Shown here: piece by piece, positions 42,394 to 51,460 of the stretch
Numbering within the stretch: position 1 is the first letter of the stretch
Layout of the letters: each line of letters starts with the position of its first letter
DNA from: Andalucia godoyi And28
Lineage: Eukaryota; Protista; Jakobida
DNA: 64,000 nt
Direction of reading: 5' to 3'
NCBI GenBank assembly: GCA_009859145.1
Contig: VRVR01000018.1
Coordinates: forward strand, 191,688 to 255,687
Program-made: the position numbers and the translations under genes
Notes under the pieces: model-generated
What the model was told of the DNA's origin: nothing
Seen by the model: the letters and a program-made list of their open reading frames with translations, nothing else
The model's database searches: none

Positions 42394-42835
42394 GCACCGA
42401 GAAAAAATTGTTTGAACTGTCTCCATCGTGTTTTATTTCGTTTTCATCGTTTTGTCAAAAGGCTTGAAACCCTAACGTAGGGTTTCCACCCCCCATCCAG
42501 TTAGAACCAAATAAAAGCATCTTTCTCTCTCCTACGATTTCGCATTTTTTCTTTTTTTTTAGTTTCTAATATTTCGTTTTGATTTGGCTATCGGCGTCGT
42601 CCGCAATTCGGATTTGTTGAAAGAAAAAAATAGTAATAAAAAATTGCAGTGCATCCGCACTTCTTAATTAACGACTCTACAATAGCATCCAGTTTCGCGA
42701 GCTTTAATGCGCGAACCATGATGGCGCATGCACGTGTGTGCTGGGGCCTGCTCCCCGAACGATTGATTTTCGTAAGATCGATTGCCATGCAACATTGCAA
42801 TAGTACGAATTAGTATTGGTGGGGGTGTATCGCAG
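42394..42835 (+). repeat. Dispersed structured non-coding element, copy A (candidate ncRNA)
   Basis: Aligns by eye with 57808-58180 in two blocks (42425-42541 with 57839-57959; 42568-42835 with 57994-58180). Conserved stems with G-U pairs on the + strand. Confidence 0.9.
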
Positions 42836-43190
42836 TACCTTTTGAAGGGAAGAAATATGAATTGCGATCTCTTCTCCAAATGGTCGTGATTCCGCATGCC
42901 GCAAAATGAATAATAAGATAATTGTAGAAAGAGTCCGAGGGTACGAGGATGGGGAATCGGAATTTCAGTCCAGTCCAGTCCAGACGGGTTTCTCAAAGCG
43001 AGCTTGTTGTGTAAGCGTTGGGGGGCAACCCTTCGTTACATTACCTGATTCTTCCGTCATTCGAGAATGAATGCGTACTTCGCTGATGCTCTCCGTGAAG
43101 TTGTTGCTGCATTCACTCGTGAGCTGCGGAGTCTGCGGTCTGCGGAAATTTTGAAGCCTTGACAGAAAAAGAACAACGAAAACGAAATGT

Positions 43191-46153
43191 TTACTGCACT
43201 GTAACAATAAAAGACTTGATATCCTTTGGTTTCAAAGTAACCTTGATATCTGCAGGCGGAAGGTTCGCACGAATGACACGGTTCAAAAATACCGTTACTT
43301 CATCAGCCTTCACGACACGAAGCCCGGTCGCGGAAATCCAGGCACCCACGTCAAACGTCACTGGCACGGAATATTCTGCATCTTCCCCATCCGCAAACGG
43401 ATGCCAAATGCGGAACACGAGTTGACGGTCCTGACCGACGGAGGCAGATCGAATCTTGAACGTCATCAACTGCACATTTGGTGGCATCTCGGTCTGGATG
43501 GGAGAGAACACAGCATTGTAGAACATCGACCAGTCTTTGGGAGAAGACAGTGGCTTCGTCAAAAGGGCAGGCCACATTGCAGCATCAAAGTTGAGATCTT
43601 CATAGTGCGTATGGACAGCAAGAGCCTTCTTGGCAGCAGAGGATAAGAGCAAGCGGAATGGATGACAAACAATGGTTGTATCTTCCAGGGCTTCATTGAC
43701 TCCACGGTAGTCGTCTTTTCGGAGACGGCGATGAATGAGAATATTCATTTCACCTTCAGCAAAGGATGCTACGCCGTGAGCTGAGTGCGAAACAACTGTC
43801 AGCGTAGTGCCCAGAGAAGAGTCCGCAATGGAGACACGGGAGACAGCAGGATAAATGTTGCCGGCAAGAGCCACTCCCGAATCAGCATCACCCGGACGCC
43901 CATCGAGGTTGCGCAGCCGCTGCATGTCCAAGTAATTGTTGTCGTCCGTGGAAAACACGCCCTTGTTCAACAAGTCAGATACAACGAAGAAAAAGACTTC
44001 CTTGCCACTGAACGGGACGCTAACAGGGCCCACAAGGACCTGCAAGTCAACAAAAGATCCCGCCACTGCATCCGTAATTCCTTTCCAAAGACGAGTGTAG
44101 ATCACTGCATTGTATCCAACGCAAGCAGTAGCGTTCATGATGAGCATGTCAAATACACTTCCTTGGATAAAGGACACACGCACTCCGGCAGGTTGATCAG
44201 CTTGGCACAACGGATCAGACGAAGTAGCAGCAGGACGGAAAATATACGCACCGGCAGGCTGTACATCATCTTCAGACGCATTGAACGAGCGAAGTTCAAA
44301 GGAAAGCTTCGACGAGATGCCATCAATCTTGCTCAAAAGCATGCCGACAGATGCATCGTACTTGAAGAATTCATTTTCCAACACAGCACTTGTGGAAGCA
44401 TCCACGGCCTGCGCCCTGACGACAGAGCCAGCCTGCCCACCATTTGACACCTGGACAAAGTACGTCGACGCACCAAGCGCAGGAACTGCGGCCAAAAACG
44501 AAACAGAAACGGTTCCGTTGGGATAGACGGTCAATTGGCTCGAAAGCACAGAGCCAAGAGAGTCCTGGACATTTGCAGAAACACCAGTCATGTTGATCAA
44601 CGGAATTTCGACAGGCACTGTTCGAGAATGACCCAGGGAGTTTGTGACAACAACTGGCAAGATCTCACCCGACGCGAGGTATTGCTGGACAGCAACATCC
44701 GACAACTGAGAAGCGAAAGTTGCTAGCTGTTTGCCAGAGGACTTGGCGAGAAGGCTTTGCAAAGAAGAGCTCGCAATTGGAAGACTAAACTCCACGCCAT
44801 CATTCAAGCGCTGGGAATAGTCATCGGCAACGGCGGCCTTTGAGGTTCCAGCAACCGCATCATGATGAATGGCAGTTGCAAACGCTGTCCGCAAGAGCGA
44901 AACATTCGCAAAGAAGTTTTGGACCGGCGTTCGCAATTTGTTGCCTAAAGAAGCAAGAGCAAGAACCGACTCAAAATTGCGCATGTACCCTTCCACGAGA
45001 CGGACCTGCAGTTTCAAAGCAGGATGACTCGTGAAGTAGCCAGTCCAGTAAGAACGGGAGTTATCCGCATAAGGAAAGAAATCGTCCTCGAAATTATCCC
45101 ACTCGATTCCATACTTCTGAGTCGCCTGATAATAGTCCAACAAGTTCGAATACTTTAGCACGGTGTTGTTATAGCGTGTTGGATTGGCATGGATGAAGTC
45201 CATAATGGTCTCCAATTGCTCATAAACCATCATGGAGTTCTGTGCAGTAAAATCATTTCCCCAAGGAATCAAGACATGCGGGGTCTTAAAGTACTTGGAA
45301 CGCTCGACAACCTGAGAATAAAATAGATCAGCGTAAAACAAGACGTTCGCCGTGGTGATCTCAGAAACGTCGGTCGGAAGGATTGAAACACCGTTGCCAT
45401 AGAATCCCCACTCAATATCAGTCAGCCCAAAAGGATACGAGTAATGGTTGTCCAAAACGTGAGTGAAGAGTCCTTTCCAATTAAACTCTAAATGCTGCGA
45501 TGCAGACCACTGGGACTTCAGACGAAAATCGATGCGGTTGATGACATAAAACTCAAATCCTGCCATATGATAGAGAGCTGCAACTGCCGGAGACTGGCCG
45601 AAGGGGTCAATCTGCTCGGCAACCACTGGTGCAACGTTGAACTCCCGCAGCAAAAACTCTGAACCCTCAGTGAGTGTTTCGATCAACTCGAACATTGTTG
45701 GATTCGCTTCGTCGGGCATCACATATCCTCCGAGAGAAAACGTAAGTTGTCCATTCTTGACCAAATTTCGAATTTGGGTCTTTTTCTTGTCTCCCACAGA
45801 GTTCCAATACCGAGACATAAAAGCCTGCTCAACTTGCAGAAACTTACGGTCCGGATTGATCGTAAGTTCATTTGCTACGGAAGAAATGATGAAATGCACG
45901 TTGTTGGTGTAGTAGTCGTCAACAGTTTTCAGCCACCCGACGTCGTCATGAGAATGAACCATGAGCCTGCAAATGCAAGATGAGAATTGCTGGACACAGG
46001 AAGGGAGGAGGAGAAAGAAGGAGGAATGGATAAGAGGTAAATGTGCGGAAAGACGTACCAAACTGTCAAAGGCTCTGGAGCCTCTGGCGCGGATGCTCCA
46101 GCGCAAGCCACGGATAGCAAAACGGTCAGCAAGCCGAGCACAATCACACGCAT
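43191..46153 (-). CDS. Lysosomal-type alpha-mannosidase, GH38; intron 45967-46058
   Basis: Signal peptide MRVIVLGLLTVLLSVACAGASA. VHSHDDVGWLKTVDDYY, QIDPFGQS, PWGNDF, YWTGYFTSHP and HHDAVAGT. Confidence 0.95.
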
Positions 46154-46992
46154 CCGAAAACACACTGCAACGCAAAAAAAAACAACAAAAAAAAACACAA
46201 TCACACAAACAACACAAACAATGGTCCTTGCAAAGATGCCTGGTAAAGAAAAGAAAAATAAATAAATAGTTAAAACAAAATTCAGAAGACTGATGTTTTC
46301 AAACCATTCGGAGAATTTTCCCGGCAATCCGCAGCGCCTACATTGAACACTAACCACGGACAGTCATCGCTGATCACCCATAATCAATGTTGTGACCCAA
46401 CAACATGCATAGCATGATTGGGAAGGGGGTAGGTCTCCACACGCCCCTCGGCATGAGCGACGTTCCCAAGATAGATGTTGCGTTGCATAGACAATAAGAA
46501 TAAAGAAATGAAATGAGCGTCGCTGTGCGAGAATGCAACGCGGTGGCGTATTTATATAGGGATTTTATGACCAAAATGGGGCGAAACGAATCGGGCATCG
46601 TGTGACGGAGCTGTGAAGATAACAAACGCATGCGCATGCGCATGGCGCGTGGCAGTGCTTTTGTTTGCGTGCGCTTTAGATTGCTTTATCATATCGCAAC
46701 AAGTGGCAACGGTGAGCTTGGACTTTGGAGAGGCATGCGCCACGTACAGTCGCGATTGCTCCGAGGGTGTCAACGATCACTTTCACTGCGCAACGACTCG
46801 GATTTTTCTGCTTGTGATGGAATTTCATAATGTCTTCTTCTTTTTCCCCCTTCCTATCTTCTTCTATCTTCCGTGAATCGTCTATTGAGCTAAAAACATC
46901 AACTCTTCTGGTTCTTGTTTCCGTTGCTCTGCGCGTCCCGTGTTCTTGTGCTGAATCTTGTTCAAACAAACAGCGAAGGCAAATGTCTGAAA

Positions 46993-47706
46993 ATGTCAGC
47001 ATCTCCGTATGTCTGTCGTTTTTGCAACAAGACGTTTCGGCCCCAGGAATTCTTGAATTTCTATGATCATCGCCAGAAATGCCGTACAGGGTTCTTGGAA
47101 GCGACGGCTGCGTCCCTTCGGGATCGGTTCGGCGAGAATCCACTCATACCATTTTTAATGAAGAAAGGATATGATGATTCCCTGGATTTTGTCGACGAAA
47201 TGTCTTGTATTTTGCCAAGCCAGTTATTCCTATCGAATGCAACTGCTTCCCACGACCTCCAATTGCTTACAAAATACGGCATTCGCACAGTTCTTTGCAC
47301 AGCAGCCGAACTGTCCGCCCCAATTGAGCTGTATGATGACGCCGGAATCACGTTCATGCAAATCCCTGTTGAGGATCGTCGCGATCAGGAAATGCTGCAT
47401 GTGTTTCGTTTTGCATACATTTACATTTCGAATGCTGAAAATCCTGTATTGGTTCATTGCGCAGCAGGAGTTTCAAGGTCCGCAGCAGTCGTTGCTGCAT
47501 TTCTTATGATGCGCAATTCTTGGGATGCTGCATCTGCCTTGCTATTTTTGAGTCGTCGAAGAGGTTCTGTTTATCCGAATGTTGGATTTGTGCGCGAGCT
47601 TCTCTGTCTCGAGAAACAGATTTTTGCCAATGATTCTCGGCATAAAACCTCGATTTCCGAAGAGTTTCTTCTTTTGCACGAAGATTCTGTTGTCGATATG
47701 AGCTGA
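46993..47706 (+). CDS. Dual-specificity protein phosphatase with an N-terminal zinc finger
   Basis: Active-site loop VHCAAGVSRS, IPVEDRRDQ and VYPNVGFVRELL. N-terminal CRFCNKTF...HRQKC. Confidence 0.9.
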   Translation: MSASPYVCRFCNKTFRPQEFLNFYDHRQKCRTGFLEATAASLRDRFGENPLIPFLMKKGYDDSLDFVDEMSCILPSQLFLSNATASHDLQLLTKYGIRTVLCTAAELSAPIELYDDAGITFMQIPVEDRRDQEMLHVFRFAYIYISNAENPVLVHCAAGVSRSAAVVAAFLMMRNSWDAASALLFLSRRRGSVYPNVGFVRELLCLEKQIFANDSRHKTSISEEFLLLHEDSVVDMS

Positions 47707-48175
47707 GACGAGGCTTCTTCTCGGAAACGGATTTGAAACTCAATTTCTTCGAGCCAACTCCCCAGCACCTTTTTCGCTGAGTGTTGAATGTAGGTATTTA
47801 CCCTCCTCCATCCCAAAAAAACTCTCCAAAAAAATTGTCTCGCATGCTGCGCCTCAAACAGATTTATTGGCGTATAGGGACTTTGAAAATCAGCATCAGC
47901 ATGAAGTTCCCCTGTTGAGTGGGACCTCCGTGGGTCTGCGCACCCCAAAACAGAAACAACCTATATTTTCGTCAGAGCTCTCTAGCTGAGCAATCAGTGC
48001 ATTCGTTAGAAACCGTTTGGACCTTGGGTACCAGGAAAAAACTAGGGATTTCAACGAGCTTCATTTTTTGCCATTTCGCACTTTATCCACTTGTTCATTC
48101 TCGTGTTCTTCAATCTCTGTTTTCAATCGAGCGGATATTGTATTGACTGTTGATCGGCAACGCTGTGCGCCACAT

Positions 48176-48196
48176 AGAGAGAGAGAGAGAGAGAGA
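48176..48196. repeat. (GA)n microsatellite
   Basis: Read directly, just upstream of the Fanzor-like N-terminal block. Confidence 0.95.
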
Positions 48197-48223
48197 CCCC
48201 GCGGCGGAGGAATCATCAATTGC

Positions 48224-48720
48224 AAGGAATCGGTTGTCAAGTATTGTCTGTCGAAGAGGCTTGTGCCCGGCAGGTTCTCACGCAGATCCAACAAGCGGAA
48301 GGAGGGAAAAGCGCACCACCGGGCGTTCAAGCAGGCCTTGGAGAATATGATAACAAATATCAGCAGAATCTCTTGCAATGCGCCGCTTCTGTTCAATCAT
48401 CATCTTCTGTTCCGTATGCAAAACGGAACCAGAGTCTCAAACCTGATTTCCTGGAGGGATTCGTCACTGCGCACGGTGGGCAACATCGATCCACGCAAAG
48501 AATTGCTCTGGACACGGAAGCCATCAAGCCTCATTCCCAACAGTACAATACAAGATAAACCTTTTCAACTATCATTCCCAGCTTCCTTCTCAAAAGGATC
48601 CAAGCCATCGTCTCCGGAAGGGGCGGTTTGCAATACTGTGAATCCGCCCATTGCACGGCTCGGCGCTGGAAGTCCCGAGACAAGAATGCGGCTCTCAATA
48701 TTCGACAGTGTCCCACTGGG
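48224..48720 (+). mobile_element. Decayed, internally deleted Fanzor1 (eukaryotic TnpB) remnant
   Basis: Frame A 48224-48430: KESVVKYCLSKRL...AFKQALENMITNISRISCNAPLLFNHHLLFRMQNG, resembling the Fanzor1 N-terminus. Frame B 48619-48720: RGGLQYCESAHCTARRWKSRDKNAALNIRQCP, the zinc-finger half plus RuvC-III RDxNAAxNI. A frameshift and a TAA (48556-48558) lie between them. RuvC-I/II are not recognisable. Confidence 0.75.
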
Positions 48721-49268
48721 CCTCTTTGGTTTGGGGGTGTTTTCGAGGTACTGCTGTCAATTCCGCCTTGCTGCACGTGCTGGATAGGAAAAATGAGCCG
48801 GTGGCCCCGCGGCAACAACAAAACAATAACCATTATCGTCTCACCCACCACTCTTGTTCGGTTATTGCACAATCTCTCGACACCTCGCAACAAGCATAGT
48901 ACATTACAATTTCATTTTGTCCAGTCGTGGCCCTAACAGCAGGCGTAGTGACACGTGGTCTCTTAGGAGGTCTGCGGGACCTAGGAGGCCCTGCATCGAG
49001 CGGCGTAGGCGTAGGCGAGTGCGTCATCCCAGCGCACCCATGCCCATATTTGAATAAAAAAGCGAAACCAAAAACCAGACTGGATTTTGGCCGAGCGTGC
49101 GTAAGCACGGATTCCTGTGAAGCAAACGTGCTAGTGTCGGCCAGTATTGACCGTGTCTGTTTATGTTTCTTCCGTATGCATGATAATGACGTGTTATTAT
49201 TCAACGGTGTAATCAAACGAATAGACAAACAAGCAAAAGCTTCCAAAGAAAAATAAAAAGAAAGGAAA

Positions 49269-49994
49269 ATGTCCGTGGAATCCGTTGAAGTCAGTCATCT
49301 GGTGCTGAATGTTCTGATTCACCACGCCATGTACACCTCTCAGGCTGAGATAATGGGGTTTTTGTTAGGCAGTTTTGACGACGATGCTGTCGTTCGTGTG
49401 CACTCCTTGTTTTGTACAAAACGGTCGGATGCTCAGAAAGACAGGGTGGAAGTCGATCCCGTGCAAATTGCGCAAGCACAATCTGAAGCAGAGCGACAGC
49501 GACTGACCGTTGTGGGATGGTACCACTCCCATCCTCGCATGATTTCTAAACCTTCTTCGGTGGATCTGCAAACTCAAAAACAGTTTCAGGACTTCGTGCA
49601 CGGTTCCTTTATTGGAATTATCGTAAGTGCTTTCAACAAGATACCGCAGGTGTCGTACACCGAGCGTTTACAAGCAATCGCATTTCAATCTTCGGAGTCT
49701 GGATCAATGCATATTATTCCGGTCCGAGTCATAAACCGCGGAATTGCACAAACCGAGGCCCCGATTTCCACCCTCGTGGATCGGGCATTCTTGTCAGAAG
49801 CCGAAGACCGCCTTTCAGAAGAGACAAAAGACAGCGGCATCAACGGAGCGTACGGGACTGCAGTGTCTTTGGTTCACTTTGAAAAGCAACTGTTGCTGCA
49901 GATGGATCAGTCCGTGTCTCAACTGCTATCCGCTGCGTTCTTGCAGAAAGTGCAAATTCGACTGCAGTCCAAGCTCATTCAGCGCCGTCCATGA
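49269..49994 (+). CDS. BRCC3: Lys63-specific JAMM/MPN+ deubiquitinase BRCC36-like
   Basis: HAMYTSQAEIMGFLLG, DRVEVDPVQI and VGWYHSHPRMISKPSSVDLQTQ (intact JAMM motif). Confidence 0.85.
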   Translation: MSVESVEVSHLVLNVLIHHAMYTSQAEIMGFLLGSFDDDAVVRVHSLFCTKRSDAQKDRVEVDPVQIAQAQSEAERQRLTVVGWYHSHPRMISKPSSVDLQTQKQFQDFVHGSFIGIIVSAFNKIPQVSYTERLQAIAFQSSESGSMHIIPVRVINRGIAQTEAPISTLVDRAFLSEAEDRLSEETKDSGINGAYGTAVSLVHFEKQLLLQMDQSVSQLLSAAFLQKVQIRLQSKLIQRRP

Positions 49995-50641
49995 TTGTCC
50001 TTGTTGTGCGGCTTCCGAATCGCAGAGACAAGGGCTCTTCTAGCAATCTCTGCTGCAGTCATCCCTACATACTGGCAATTCTCATGGATGGAATCGAATC
50101 GCGAAGTAGATCCTTGGTTGGTTTCCTTTGCGGGGTGCGATTGGCTTCCCATCTCCGATGCATTTGGAAGTCGCAAAGCGCGCAAGTTGATCTCCGGACG
50201 ACGCGCGGTTGCCTTCTTTGTGACAGGCAAGAGCGAAGAACAACAAGACAGTGCGTTTGTGGGGTTTCCAGCTGAACGAGATATTTTTGTTTCATTCAGA
50301 GTCCAAGAATACTCCGAAGCGGCCTTTCGAGCAGCCACCGCGTTGGAAAACCCTTCAACGAGCTCCTTGTGCGCTTCAAGACTCAATTCTGAGTTACACA
50401 CATCGTTCACGCTTTCCATCACGAATTCTTCGCAAGCACCTGTTGAAACATACGAACGTGCTTGACTGTTCTTCTTTGCGTTCAGCAACGGGAAAAAGTC
50501 CCGAACAATCACATTTTCCAGGTATGCTGAGAATTGTCGCTGGCATTCGGTTTTTCGATGTGACGCTCTTTTCTTGGTCTCCAGCATTATTTGAACATTT
50601 TTGAATCGCTTGTTGTTCATAGGATGAACGCCCGACTGCAT
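49979..50641 (-). CDS. ESS2/DGCR14-like splicing factor (short, divergent)
   Basis: FSAYLENVIVRDFFPLL matches the ESS2 N-terminal motif. The rest is weakly similar. Confidence 0.55.
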   Translation of the reverse strand: MQSGVHPMNNKRFKNVQIMLETKKRASHRKTECQRQFSAYLENVIVRDFFPLLNAKKNSQARSYVSTGACEEFVMESVNDVCNSELSLEAHKELVEGFSNAVAARKAASEYSWTLNETKISRSAGNPTNALSCCSSLLPVTKKATARRPEINLRALRLPNASEMGSQSHPAKETNQGSTSRFDSIHENCQYVGMTAAEIARRALVSAIRKPHNKDNHGRR

Positions 50642-50865
50642 GATGCATCCTGGCAAAAAATGAAGAGTGCTGCTGGCAATCGTTGGCAAAAAACAGCTGG
50701 TTTTGCTTGGTTTTCTTTGGGGGCGTGTTTTTTGTCCACACAAGAACAGGCGTTTCTTGGAGATTGAGTTGAGTCCAGTCAGCTCGGAAATGTTCGCCCA
50801 TGCCCCGTGGGTATTTTTTTAATTCAAACTTTTTTGGTCGTCACGATGGCGATTCTGATTTATTG

Positions 50866-50913
50866 TTTTCGAGGCAATTTTCGAGGCAATTTTTTCGAGG
50901 CAATTTTTTTCGA
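50866..50913. repeat. Direct repeat TTTTCGAGGCAA x3 in a divergent promoter
   Basis: Copies at 50866, 50878 and 50892, plus a partial TTTTCGA. Confidence 0.9.
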
Positions 50914-50928
50914 CACGCACAAATCGAA

Positions 50929-51225
50929 ATGCCCCAAGGAAGTTTAAAAGGCAGCCTAAGAGCTGCAAGAACAAAGACGGAGAGAAGTAAAGACGAGCCG
51001 TACAAACAGCGAAAACATGGTCCGCGCGTGGGGAAGCCGCAGACGAGCATCGAGAAGAAGTTGACTTCAGAGATTACGCGAAGAATTGAAGCAGAAATGG
51101 CCGAGAAGGCCTTTAAGGATGCTCCACTTGGTGTTGTGAAGAGGAACGACGACATCCTTCTGGCACATCGAAAGAAGAAGCAGAAGAAGTCTCAGAAAGG
51201 TCAAGCCAACAAGGCTAAACAATGA
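50929..51225 (+). CDS. C19orf53/LYDG10 (DUF2462)-like small basic protein
   Basis: MPQG start and IEKKLTSEITRRIEAEMAEKA...LGVVK pattern. Lys-rich. Confidence 0.7.
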   Translation: MPQGSLKGSLRAARTKTERSKDEPYKQRKHGPRVGKPQTSIEKKLTSEITRRIEAEMAEKAFKDAPLGVVKRNDDILLAHRKKKQKKSQKGQANKAKQ

Positions 51226-51460
51226 CAAACGAATTAAGAGAAGCATTAAAACCTATCTACGTTGTACTTTTACCACCCTTCTTTTTTCGTTTCCCTCGTA
51301 CACTGATCGCATGCTTTTGGAGCATCGGCACAACAGAAACAAACGCACAATCACCCAATCGTGCTTCCACCACACTCAATCTAGAGGCCCACAACAGAAA
51401 GAAGACCACCAAGACAACAGCAACATTAATAACAAAGCTCCTCCAGAATCGGACCTGCAA

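Noticed and set aside
47960-48040. Minus-strand VQTVSNECTDC, resembling a TnpB CxxC knuckle
   Set aside because: It is on the opposite strand to the Fanzor blocks, is flanked by stops and has no other supporting motif.
48733-48750. GGGGGTGT..TCG..GTAC resemblance to the 3' end of repeat A (42821-42838)
   Set aside because: Its order relative to the other shared motif is reversed between the loci and it is low-complexity, so it is treated as chance.
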